From a virus, in IMG/VR virus record IMGVR_UViG_3300046789_000012: a stretch of DNA of 47,532 nucleotides, one strand, 5' to 3'. Shown here piece by piece: positions 7,300 to 14,567 of the stretch. Position numbers and translations under genes: made by a program. Positions within the stretch are counted from its first letter, which is position 1. Each line of letters opens with the position of its first letter. The notes under the pieces are model-generated. The model was not told the origin of the DNA, did not search any database, and was given only the letters and a program-made list of their open reading frames with translations.

Positions 7300-7563
7300 A
7301 TGACAACGAACGCCGCCGACTGGTCCGCCGTAAAGCACGAAATACTCGACACTCTGCGCGCGACCGAATGGCCGCACGGGACCGTTTGCACGCATCCCGA
7401 GGTGGTAATCGAGCGCTATCGGACGACGCGCCGACCGGCAGGGCGAGGCGCCGAGGTTGTCGACATCATCACCGCCGCCCTCGCAGCGCGCGGCTATGCA
7501 GTGTCCAAGTCGCACGGAACACGCGCCGACGGCTGCCGCTTCGTGCGGCTGCGAGCGCACTAA
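7300..7563 (+). CDS. Hypothetical protein (87 aa)
   Basis: First ATG of the ORF with coding-like composition (MTTNAADWSAVKHEILD...), followed by a perfect hairpin. Confidence 0.5.
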   Translation: MTTNAADWSAVKHEILDTLRATEWPHGTVCTHPEVVIERYRTTRRPAGRGAEVVDIITAALAARGYAVSKSHGTRADGCRFVRLRAH

Positions 7564-7569
7564 AGCTTT

Positions 7570-7600
7570 CAGGCCTCGGCGCTACCAACGCCGAGGCCTG
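7570..7600 (+). terminator. GC-rich hairpin (12-bp perfect stem, 7-nt loop) without a T tract
   Basis: caggcctcggcg-ctaccaa-cgccgaggcctg read directly. No U-run follows, so it may be an RNA stability or processing element rather than an intrinsic terminator. Confidence 0.3.
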
Positions 7601-7626
7601 ATCGAACACAGGAAGGCAAAGTCACC

Positions 7627-7818
7627 ATGTTCACTACGGAATCTATCACGCTAGGCCGCTGGGCCCTACTTGTCGGCGCGCTGCTCGCGAGCGCCGCCCT
7701 CGAGGCGCACGCGCCCGAGCTCGCCGAGGCAGGGGAGGGCGGCCGCATCGAGGCCGACCTCGTCGCCATCGAGGGCGAGCGGCAGGCCGCGCTCGAGCTC
7801 GACCGGCTCGCTCGCTAA
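7627..7818 (+). CDS. Small secreted or membrane-anchored protein (63 aa)
   Basis: AGGAAGG SD-like sequence 8 nt upstream. Hydrophobic segment LGRWALLVGALLASAALEA. Confidence 0.55.
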   Translation: MFTTESITLGRWALLVGALLASAALEAHAPELAEAGEGGRIEADLVAIEGERQAALELDRLAR

Positions 7819-7878
7819 CCCACTAGGCAGCCGCCGCCGAGCTGTCGGCGGCGGCTCGCCGCTAACGGACACACCACC

Positions 7879-8229
7879 ATGCCGAAACCGAAACGCAAAC
7901 CAGCCGACCGCATTCGCGCGCTGCTCGACGAGGGCGTCGCGCCTGACGAAGTGTGCCGAACGCTGCGCGTAACGCGCGCCGCCGTGCGCAGCGCCGACCA
8001 GCATCGGCAGCCCAAGGGCAGGCCCGTCGAGAAATGCTCGCGCCGCCTGACGCTCTACGTCGACGCCGAGACGCTCGATTGGCTGCGCGCCGAGGCCGAC
8101 CGCACGGGATACACGCCCGGCGAGCTCGTCGACGGTATGCGCCTCGCCATACAAGCCGCCGACCGCGGCGACGATCCCATTCTCGCAGCACACGTCACCA
8201 CCCACGCTACGAAGGACACAGCCTCATGA
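7879..8229 (+). CDS. DNA-binding protein (N-terminal HTH-like plus C-terminal RHH-like segment)
   Basis: 116 aa; RIRALLDEGVAPDEVCRTLRVTRAAV and LTLYVDAETLDWLRAEADRTGYTPGELV. Confidence 0.65.
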   Translation: MPKPKRKPADRIRALLDEGVAPDEVCRTLRVTRAAVRSADQHRQPKGRPVEKCSRRLTLYVDAETLDWLRAEADRTGYTPGELVDGMRLAIQAADRGDDPILAAHVTTHATKDTAS

Positions 8230-8594
8230 CCGACCACACGATCGCGCCGCTAGAATGCCCACACTGCGGAAAGCCGAACGTTCTGCCGCTGACACACACG
8301 CGCCTGCGCGAGCGCGTGCTCGAGGTCGCTGCCAAGATCGCGCCGACGCTGCCCGACGATCACGTCGTCGCCGCGATCGGCAGCGAGCAGGCCGCGCTGC
8401 GTGCCGACGCTGCCGCAGGCCGCAGCGCGCGTAACTACGTCGGCTGGCTGCTCGAGGCGCTCGACGGCATCTGCTACGACTGCTCGCCGACAACGGCCCG
8501 ACTCAAGTCGATCGAGGACTCGCTGCCGGCGCTCGCCGACGCTGCGCACGCCGAGCTCGCTCGGGCCCTGTCGAACCGGCCGTATCCGCGTTAG
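8226..8594 (+). CDS. Hypothetical protein with paired-Cys motifs (122 aa)
   Basis: ATGA overlap with the upstream gene; CPHCG ... CYDC. Confidence 0.6.
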   Translation: MTDHTIAPLECPHCGKPNVLPLTHTRLRERVLEVAAKIAPTLPDDHVVAAIGSEQAALRADAAAGRSARNYVGWLLEALDGICYDCSPTTARLKSIEDSLPALADAAHAELARALSNRPYPR

Positions 8595-8617
8595 GATGGC
8601 CCTGGTTCCGATATCTC

Positions 8618-8658
8618 GAGGGCCCGATCGCCGCCACGCACCGGCCGATCGGGCCCTC
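8618..8658. other. 13-bp perfect inverted repeat GAGGGCCCGATCG / CGATCGGGCCCTC with 15-nt spacer
   Basis: Read directly, 24 nt after the stop at 8594, in the gap between convergent operons. Confidence 0.7.
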
Positions 8659-8698
8659 TGCCTCTTCAACCGTTAGCGCACTCGTTCACTCGCACACG

Positions 8699-8741
8699 CG
8701 CTCGCTCGCGCGCGAGAGGGCTAGTGAGTGAGCGGTTTTTT
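8699..8741 (+). terminator. Candidate intrinsic terminator (9-bp stem with one G-U pair, then T6)
   Basis: cgctcgctc (8699..8707) pairs with gagtgagcg (8726..8734), followed by gTTTTTT (8736..8741). The T run overlaps the stop codon of the convergent minus-strand gene. Confidence 0.4.
8712..8735 (-). repeat. 24-nt repeat CCGCTCACTC(A/G)CTAGCCCTCTCGC, inverted copy
   Basis: The reverse complement of 8712..8735 matches 29168..29191 at 23 of 24 positions. Confidence 0.85.
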
Positions 8742-9027
8742 ACACTCGTTCCACGTCGACTAGAACGATCGACATCACGCAAAAGCCCTCGGGCACGCCG
8801 AACACATTCCCGCGCAGCACATACGTCACGAGTGCGCGCGCCTCGTCGCCGGTGTACGCCTGCGAGTCGGGCGACCACTCTCGCAGGCGTAGTCCGTCGC
8901 CGACCTGAAAGCCCCGATCGTCCCGCCGATACTCGAACCGCTTGAGCTCGCGCCGAATGTGCTCGAACGGTTCTGGCCAGCATCGCAGCTCGTGCAGCGT
9001 GCACGGCTTCGCTTTGTTCGCTGTCAC
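8740..9027 (-). CDS. ASCH-like / DUF3850-like small protein
   Basis: 95 aa; GTGA overlap with the recombinase stop. LHELRCWPEPFEHIRRELKRFEYRRDDRGFQVGDGLRLREW fits the remembered DUF3850 pattern. Confidence 0.65.
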   Translation of the reverse strand: MTANKAKPCTLHELRCWPEPFEHIRRELKRFEYRRDDRGFQVGDGLRLREWSPDSQAYTGDEARALVTYVLRGNVFGVPEGFCVMSIVLVDVERV

Positions 9028-9980
9028 AGGCCGATCCCTTTGCTCGCGTTGTGCTCGTCGAGCAGCCGAGCGTCGCGCACGTACCTGTCGACCATCTCGC
9101 GGCCGCGCCATCGCCCTTGCTGCATGATCGCCCTGTCTGTCTTGCCAGCTGCAGCCGCCGACGTCGCGAGGCCGGAGCGCAGCGAGTGTCCCGAGTAGCG
9201 AGCGGCGTCGAGGCCGACGCGCTCGACGCTGCGCTTCACGACCTCGGCGATCGCTGCGCCTCGCAGGCCTGCGTCGAGCACTCGACCGCCGCGCGACATG
9301 CGCCGCAGCAGACGGCCGCGCTTGAGCTTCGAGAGCACAAGCCACGCCTCGAGCGCCCGCACCGGGCACGTCTGCCGGTTGCGCCCTCGAGCGACGCCGA
9401 CGCGATGGCCTTTGCCTTGCTGGTCGGTCTTACTGCGACGGATCAGCACGACGAGGCCGCCCTTTGTACCCTCGACGTCGCGCACCTCGAGCGCTGCGAG
9501 CTCCGACCGGCGCAGCGCGCCGCTCATGCCGAGCGTCAAGATCACGCGATCACGCACGCCGATCGGCGAGTCGGGCAGGGCAGCGCAGACGCTTCGTAGC
9601 TCGGCGGCAGTGAGCGGCGCGACCTGCCGCTGCGGCTGACCGTGCGTGCGGCGCACGCCTTCCCACAGGCGCTTTATCCGTGGATCGCTCGTCGGCGTCG
9701 CGTGCGTGCTGTTCACGTGCACCCACGCGATCGCCGACAGCGCGACCGATAGCGTACTGATGCTGACCTGGTGCGCGCGCTCCGTCAGCCACAGCGCGAG
9801 CGTCTCGGCAGGGCAGGGCAGCGGCTCGAGCTCGCGCGCCTCGCACCACGCTTTGAAGAGTCGCCACTGCCGAGCGTACTCGGCGAGCGTCCGCTTCGAA
9901 CGCGAGGCCGCTTCGTACTGCCTCGCGCGCTGCGCGAACAGCGCGAGCTGTGCAGGATGGGCCCGTGTGATCGCGGTCAT
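9024..9980 (-). CDS. Cre-like tyrosine recombinase
   Basis: 318 aa; RVILTLGMSGALRRSELAAL (Arg I region), YSGHSLRSGLATSAA (H-x-x-R), IMQQGRWRGREMVDRYV (W ... Y nucleophile). Co-linear with remembered P1 Cre blocks. No lambda-Int-type arm-binding N-domain. Confidence 0.9.
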   Translation of the reverse strand: MTAITRAHPAQLALFAQRARQYEAASRSKRTLAEYARQWRLFKAWCEARELEPLPCPAETLALWLTERAHQVSISTLSVALSAIAWVHVNSTHATPTSDPRIKRLWEGVRRTHGQPQRQVAPLTAAELRSVCAALPDSPIGVRDRVILTLGMSGALRRSELAALEVRDVEGTKGGLVVLIRRSKTDQQGKGHRVGVARGRNRQTCPVRALEAWLVLSKLKRGRLLRRMSRGGRVLDAGLRGAAIAEVVKRSVERVGLDAARYSGHSLRSGLATSAAAAGKTDRAIMQQGRWRGREMVDRYVRDARLLDEHNASKGIGL

Positions 9981-10438
9981 ACGTCAACCCCTGGGTTATC
10001 TAGCAGGACTTCCCATTGTCGCCGGCAGTCATCGTCCGGCGAAAGCTGTCGGCGCATCACCATCTCAAGCAGCGCTTCTATGCGATGCACGGCGCGAATG
10101 TCGTCGCGTGCGTAAAAATCGATCGCAATCGGCGGCGACAGCAGCGAGCGCGCAGGTACAGCCTCGTCAGGCTCGAGCTCGACGCATGGATCGACCGCGA
10201 AGATCGCAAGCTCGTGACTGCAGTGGCCTACAGCTGCCGGCATGCCCTCGACGGCGCGAAGATGCACGAGGCTAAGCACCCACTGAGACCACACAGGATG
10301 TGCGAACGGGCAGCGCAGCAGCCACAAGCCGATCTGCGCTCGCGCCTCTGGTGGCATCTCGAGGCGCCATGCTTCCCATGCATGCCGCGGACTACGGACG
10401 GCAGCGGGCAAGCTGAACCCAAAATCACACGGCCTCAT
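9977..10438 (-). CDS. Hypothetical protein (153 aa), first gene of the recombinase operon
   Basis: ATGA overlap with the recombinase start. No domain recognised. Confidence 0.6.
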   Translation of the reverse strand: MRPCDFGFSLPAAVRSPRHAWEAWRLEMPPEARAQIGLWLLRCPFAHPVWSQWVLSLVHLRAVEGMPAAVGHCSHELAIFAVDPCVELEPDEAVPARSLLSPPIAIDFYARDDIRAVHRIEALLEMVMRRQLSPDDDCRRQWEVLLDNPGVDV

Positions 10439-10487
10439 GACGCCGATCCTAGCGATTACCGGCGCTAAATGAAACTAGCGCGGCCTA

Positions 10488-10496
10488 TGGTAGAAT
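10488..10496 (+). promoter_or_regulatory. Extended -10 promoter element TGgTAGAAT
   Basis: tatggTAGAATgggcggcATG: the hexamer lies 7 nt upstream of ATG 10504, which implies a leaderless or near-leaderless mRNA. Confidence 0.4.
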
Positions 10497-10503
10497 GGGC
10501 GGC

Positions 10504-10713
10504 ATGGCCAAGACTGACTATCAGCCGTCAGCGGGACCGCCGGGCCCCTGGTGCGCGCCGCACGACTCGTGCCCGCACTGCGGTCGCATCTGGTCGCCGA
10601 CCTTTCTCGCGAGCCCGGACTTCCGCGGCTCCGCTTGCGACGTCGGCGAATGCGTCTGCGGCGCCTGCGAGGTCGGCGACTACTGCGTAAGGCACGACCC
10701 GTCGCTCGAATAG
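10504..10713 (+). CDS. Small Cys-rich (zinc-binding-like) protein
   Basis: 69 aa (72 aa if ATG 10495 is used); CAPHDSCPHCG ... CDVGECVCGACEVGDYC. Confidence 0.5.
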   Translation: MAKTDYQPSAGPPGPWCAPHDSCPHCGRIWSPTFLASPDFRGSACDVGECVCGACEVGDYCVRHDPSLE

Positions 10714-10728
10714 GGTTAGGCTGCGCCA

Positions 10729-11121
10729 ATGCCCGACGACCTCGAGGAATCTTTCGGCTGCCGACTGCGCCGCCTGCGCCTGCTCGCCGGCCTCGACGCG
10801 AGCCTGCTCGCGCACGCCGTCGGCGTCGAGCTCGAAGTGTTGGAGACTTGGGAACGCGACGAGGCCGAGCCGATCGTGCGGCAAGTTCTAGCGCTCGCCG
10901 CCGCCCTGCGCTGCACGGCATTCGCGCTGCTCGTGCCGACCGAGCGGCCTCCGCACAACGCCGAGCTGCTCGAGTTTCTCGAGACCGACCTCGGGCAGGC
11001 GGCAGCGCGGCACGGCATCGTGCCCGCACTGCAGTCGCTGCAGACCGAGCAGCCGCCGACTGTTGGCCTATACACGCAGCTTACGCGCCTGCTGCTGGGT
11101 GGCGCAGCGTTCGACGCCTAA
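10729..11121 (+). CDS. XRE-family HTH regulator
   Basis: 130 aa; FGCRLRRLRLLAGLDASLLAHAVGVELEVLETWERDEAEP. Confidence 0.65.
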   Translation: MPDDLEESFGCRLRRLRLLAGLDASLLAHAVGVELEVLETWERDEAEPIVRQVLALAAALRCTAFALLVPTERPPHNAELLEFLETDLGQAAARHGIVPALQSLQTEQPPTVGLYTQLTRLLLGGAAFDA

Positions 11122-11134
11122 CTCGCGCGCGCCC

Positions 11135-11479
11135 TCAATCTCCTCTGCGCTCGCCCCTACGCCGCTCGAGCGCCTGCACGTCGCGCAGCGCCATGTCGCC
11201 GCACCACTTGTCTATGCCATCCGGCGCGACGCCTGCCGCATGCGCCTCGCCGAGCAGCTCGTCGGCGACCAGATCGCTCAGTAAGGCGCGCATCAAATCG
11301 CGCTCGGGCAGCGTCGTCACCATCTCGTAACCGTGCACGGTCAGGTCGCGCGAGTGCACGATCAGCGTAAACCCGACGTCTGCGAACGTCGCATCGCGGC
11401 TGATCAGCTCGCGCGCGAACGTGCTGATCGCATCCCGCAGCAGCTGCTGCCGAGTCCGGTGATCGCCCTGGTCGCTCAT
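11135..11479 (-). CDS. Hypothetical protein (114 aa)
   Basis: Coding-like composition; ATGA overlap with the upstream gene 11476..11763. Confidence 0.55.
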   Translation of the reverse strand: MSDQGDHRTRQQLLRDAISTFARELISRDATFADVGFTLIVHSRDLTVHGYEMVTTLPERDLMRALLSDLVADELLGEAHAAGVAPDGIDKWCGDMALRDVQALERRRGERRGD

Positions 11480-11763
11480 ACCGCGCCCTCGTCGCTCGGC
11501 TCAACCTCGGCGATCCCGAGCACTCTGCGCAGGTCGGCGGCTCTCACTTGCATCATTGCGACCGCGTCTGTCACTGCGCGGTAAACGTCATCGCCAAGCA
11601 GGCCGACCCGGTTGCGCGCGCAAGTCATCATGCGGAACGTCACGAGCTTCTCGAGCGTTGCGACATGCCGCTCGAGCTCGGCGACCCGCTCGCGCGCAAT
11701 GGCCTCGAACGTAGGCGGCTCGATCGGCACGACCTCGGCGACGACCTCTAACTCGTCAGGCAT
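11476..11763 (-). CDS. Hypothetical protein (95 aa)
   Basis: Helical, acidic N-terminus; translationally coupled to 11135..11479. Confidence 0.55.
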   Translation of the reverse strand: MPDELEVVAEVVPIEPPTFEAIARERVAELERHVATLEKLVTFRMMTCARNRVGLLGDDVYRAVTDAVAMMQVRAADLRRVLGIAEVEPSDEGAV

Positions 11764-11911
11764 AGGCGACAGCCTACAGGCCTACACCGGCGACGTACAG
11801 CGCCACGCACGCGCCCGCAGGACGCCCGCAGACAGACGAGGCAGGACGTCGGCGGCTCTGAACCTTTCCCGGCCCTCTCGCGCCAACGTCGCGCACGCGA
11901 TGGCGTCGCCG

Positions 11912-12268
11912 CTATAGCTTCGACGCGCTAGCGGCCGCCTGCCGCCGCTCTCGGCGCTCGCGATGCCAGCCGAGCCAAGCTGGGTCCAGCTGCCACACGC
12001 AGACAACGCGAACGCCATCGCCATCACGTCGACCGCGACTGCGAAAGTCTGGGAAGCGTTGAATCGCCCAACTTTCCGCCGCCCATTGGCCGGGAAAACA
12101 GGCCTCGTGTCGACCTTCGACCTCGACTCCGTCGGCGAACGCACGCAGGCCAAACATGTCCCGCACGACGCGCGCCCTCGAATACAGCACGAGCATCAGC
12201 CGCTCTGCTTCGACGGCTCGCCACTGGCGCACGAGCACCTCGACACTGTCGATTACGGGATACGACAT
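11912..12268 (-). CDS. Hypothetical protein (118 aa)
   Basis: Start taken at ATG 12268 (MSYPVIDSVE). The ORF-track start at 12403 would read through the palindromes and the TTGACA element. Confidence 0.5.
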   Translation of the reverse strand: MSYPVIDSVEVLVRQWRAVEAERLMLVLYSRARVVRDMFGLRAFADGVEVEGRHEACFPGQWAAESWAIQRFPDFRSRGRRDGDGVRVVCVWQLDPAWLGWHRERRERRQAAASASKL

Positions 12269-12291
12269 TCCCGAACGCCTACCACTGCCGG

Positions 12292-12311
12292 CGCTATAGC
12301 GTCTAGACGCT
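12292..12311. promoter_or_regulatory. Overlapping palindromes CGCTATAGCG (site 2 of 4) and AGCGTCTAGACGCT
   Basis: Read directly, 24 nt upstream of the minus-strand ATG at 12268. The 19-mer gcgctatagcgtc(t/c)agacg also occurs at 7135. Confidence 0.5.
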
Positions 12312-12332
12312 AGCTCTGCGCGTTGCTTTTTT

Positions 12333-12338
12333 CTTGAC
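12333..12338 (+). promoter_or_regulatory. TTGACA -35-like hexamer after a T6 run, pointing into the origin region
   Basis: gcttttttcTTGACAgg; no convincing -10 at 16-18 nt. A second candidate, TTGCGC-16-GAGAAT, lies at 12369..12396. Confidence 0.25.
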
Positions 12339-12430
12339 AGGTGTCCGGCCGACGGCTGTACGCTCGCGCTTGCGCGGTATCCAGAAACCGAGAGAATACG
12401 CATCTAGCTCTTAGACGCCGCATCAGAGCG

Positions 12431-12503
12431 AGATCCCGGAAATTCTCGATCCTTTCTGCAGATCCGCAGCTCAACAGAGCTGCGGAGCTCTGCAGAGCAA
12501 GAT
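12431..12503. repeat. GATC cluster (4 sites in 73 bp) in the locally AT-richest stretch, with an internal hairpin
   Basis: GATC at 12431, 12447, 12460 and 12500. ccgcagct-caacag-agctgcgg hairpin at 12463..12484. GATCTTAAG is also present at the second origin. Confidence 0.7.
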
Positions 12504-12527
12504 CTTAAGTGTTAAGCGCCGATACCC

Positions 12528-12584
12528 CCTGTCTGGAAGGGTCTTTGCCCTGTCTGGAAGGGTCCTCGGGTCTGTCTGGAAGGG
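12528..12584 (+). repeat. Three iterons CTGTCTGGAAGGGT (12528, 12549, 12571) at 21-22-bp phasing
   Basis: Three exact 14-nt copies read directly. The spacing is about two helical turns, as in plasmid iteron origins. Confidence 0.85.
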
Positions 12585-12596
12585 TGTCACCACACG

Positions 12597-12606
12597 GCGC
12601 TATAGC
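12597..12606. promoter_or_regulatory. Palindrome CGCTATAGCG (site 3 of 4), between the iterons and the DnaA box
   Basis: Exact 10-mer. Confidence 0.5.
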
Positions 12607-12615
12607 GTGGGTAAG

Positions 12616-12624
12616 CTGTGGATA
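12616..12624 (-). promoter_or_regulatory. Consensus DnaA box (TGTGGATAA, complement of TTATCCACA)
   Basis: Exact 9-mer. The 13-mer gctgtggataacc is repeated at 29133..29145. Confidence 0.7.
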
Positions 12625-12694
12625 ACCAACCAACAGGTAGGGAGTGCAGGCGCAGGCGTTTCGGCCGTCCGAGATCCGTCGGCGATCGCGTCGA

Positions 12695-13510
12695 TCAGCT
12701 CGACGACGAGACGACGTCGCCGGAAAAGCTGACGGGCAGCGCGCCGCTGCTCTGCAGCTCGGCGACTGCCGACTTCACGCGCCGCCGCACTTGGTCGCGC
12801 GGCTGTCCAGGCGCAACGCGCAGCCGAATCGCTTCGAGCGTCACAGAGGGCGCGGCTGCGAGGCACAGCTGCAGCCACTGCGCGAGCGGCCGATTGCCGA
12901 TCGTGTGCCGCTTCGACTCGGCGACGCTGACCGTCCCGAGCGCCATCATGTCGAGCATGACGTCGTTTACCCACAGCGTGACAGTCGAGTCGACCGCCGA
13001 GGCTCCGAGCAACACGCCGCCCAACGTCGTACGGCGACGCCCCTCGCGAAACCACACAGTAGTTGCAGTGAGGTCTAGCAAGAGCGACCAAAGCCCGTCC
13101 AAGTGCAGCGCGCCGCCCTTGCGACGCAAGCGCCGGTTGACCTCGTCAAGGCTAACCGTCACTCGCGCATCGGGCCCGCTGTCGCTCAGATAGCCGAGTG
13201 CGACCATCAACACGTCTGCATGCGCCTGCGTCAACACGCGCCCGTGCAGCTGATAAACGCGCTCTGCTCCATCCACGTCGACCGACCGCTCGCGCGCACG
13301 AGCTGTGCCGACGTGCGACGCAGTGAACACGTTTGCGCGAATCAGCTCGAGCGGCATCTGCAGGGTACCCGATCGGCAGCGTGGCACGCGATCGAGCGGC
13401 GCGCGAGTGAGTGCGAGTGCGCTTTCCGTAAGAGACTTGAGCTTATCGCCGGGATCTGCTTTATTCGTCATCGAATCACTGCGCTGTCTGGCAAAGGCAA
13501 GCCGATTCAT
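12695..13510 (-). CDS. Plasmid-type replication initiator (TrfA/RepA-like)
   Basis: 271 aa. The blocks LELIRANVFTAS, HGRVLTQAHADVLMVALGYL and LHLDGLWSLLLDLTATTVWF are co-linear with remembered TrfA-type initiator blocks. The gene abuts the iterons and DnaA box. Confidence 0.65.
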   Translation of the reverse strand: MNRLAFARQRSDSMTNKADPGDKLKSLTESALALTRAPLDRVPRCRSGTLQMPLELIRANVFTASHVGTARARERSVDVDGAERVYQLHGRVLTQAHADVLMVALGYLSDSGPDARVTVSLDEVNRRLRRKGGALHLDGLWSLLLDLTATTVWFREGRRRTTLGGVLLGASAVDSTVTLWVNDVMLDMMALGTVSVAESKRHTIGNRPLAQWLQLCLAAAPSVTLEAIRLRVAPGQPRDQVRRRVKSAVAELQSSGALPVSFSGDVVSSSS

Positions 13511-13618
13511 GACGCCTCGCTGCTCTAACAGTGGGGCGTCTCGCTATGGCGATCAGGCCATAACGTTGCAACTAGAGCGCGCCGAGCACCTCGGGCGCAA
13601 CAAAAATGCAAGCCGACC

Positions 13619-14326
13619 TCACACTTTACGCGCGGCAACTCGACGGCCCTGCGCGTTTCGGCGAGGTCGGCGAGGTGCGCTCGGCGCGACGCTGCGATCG
13701 GCTTCGCTCACTGCGCGCAGGTAACCGGCGACGTCAAAGCGCGTGAAGCTGACGGCCCACACCCACGGGTTACGCTCCCATTGCTCGGGCGCTTCGTGCG
13801 CTGCGTTCCATGCCTTCGCGAACGCCGCTCGGCGAGCAGGGCACTCGGCGATGCACGAGCTGTATTCCGTGTCGTGCGCAGGGCAGCTGACGCCCTCCGC
13901 GGCGTAGTCGCGCGCGCAAGCATCCTGCAGCCGCTGGCAGCGTACGTCGTAGACACGCAGCCACAGGCGCGAGGCCTTCCGCGGCAGCAGCAGCGGCGAC
14001 AGCCACTGCCGGCCGATCACGACCTCGGCTGCCGCGTCCGCTTCGTAAACGATGCGACGCTGCGCTCGAGCGCCCTCGACCTGCCATCGCTCGCGCACCC
14101 ATAGCCAGTCGTCGACGGCGCCGAACGGGCAGCCGAGCAGCACAGGCCGCGCGCCCTCGCGCCCGCACACTGCGCGCAAGTCGCCGAGTCCGTCGCGCAC
14201 CCAACCCTCGACGACGGCGTCGACAGGCGCTCGCACGACGCGCCGCAGTTGCCATTGCTCGAGCTGTGCGACTCGCCGGGCCTGCGCCCTCGACAACACG
14301 ACCGACCTGCACGCGCGCGACGACAC
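13619..14326 (-). CDS. ASCH-like prophage protein
   Basis: 235 aa. WVRERW ... YEAD ... LPRKASRLWLRVYDVRCQRLQD ... AEG resembles a widespread prophage family with a W-x-P-x-x-M-P-R-W-A-S-R ... RLQDI pattern. Memory-based. Confidence 0.6.
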   Translation of the reverse strand: MSSRACRSVVLSRAQARRVAQLEQWQLRRVVRAPVDAVVEGWVRDGLGDLRAVCGREGARPVLLGCPFGAVDDWLWVRERWQVEGARAQRRIVYEADAAAEVVIGRQWLSPLLLPRKASRLWLRVYDVRCQRLQDACARDYAAEGVSCPAHDTEYSSCIAECPARRAAFAKAWNAAHEAPEQWERNPWVWAVSFTRFDVAGYLRAVSEADRSVAPSAPRRPRRNAQGRRVAARKV

Positions 14327-14567
14327 GCGCCGACACTACCCTCGAGCTGTCCAGCACACTAGCTCGCTCGAGCGCTAGCGCGCGAGATAGCTAGCACACG
14401 CTCGAGCCTAGGCGCTAGTGTGCGCAACTCTGCGACTTTGCTTACACTTAGCCGCAACTAGTAGACCCCCACAATTCTGTAAGTCTTAGCTGAAACGCGT
14501 TCTCACTGATGCGAAGTCTATGCGAGTGTGAATCACTCGCACTCGCAGGAGTGCGGATAGGGGTGGC

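Noticed and set aside
8618-8658. 13-bp perfect inverted repeat as a lox-like target of the Cre-like recombinase
   Set aside because: The spacer is 15 nt, whereas tyrosine-recombinase core sites have 6-8-nt crossover regions. The position right after a stop codon fits a transcription-terminating or insulating hairpin better.
12528-12584. Three evenly spaced direct repeats as a mini CRISPR array
   Set aside because: The repeats are only 14 nt with 7-8-nt spacers, and there are no cas genes. The context (DnaA box, rep gene, GATC cluster) fits plasmid iterons.
14327-14567. tRNA or other structured RNA gene in the AT-richer 240-bp gap
   Set aside because: No cloverleaf-compatible arms or conserved T-loop/anticodon-loop features were found. 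Only short alternative hairpins (14523..14560) consistent with a 5-prime UTR and divergent promoter region are present.
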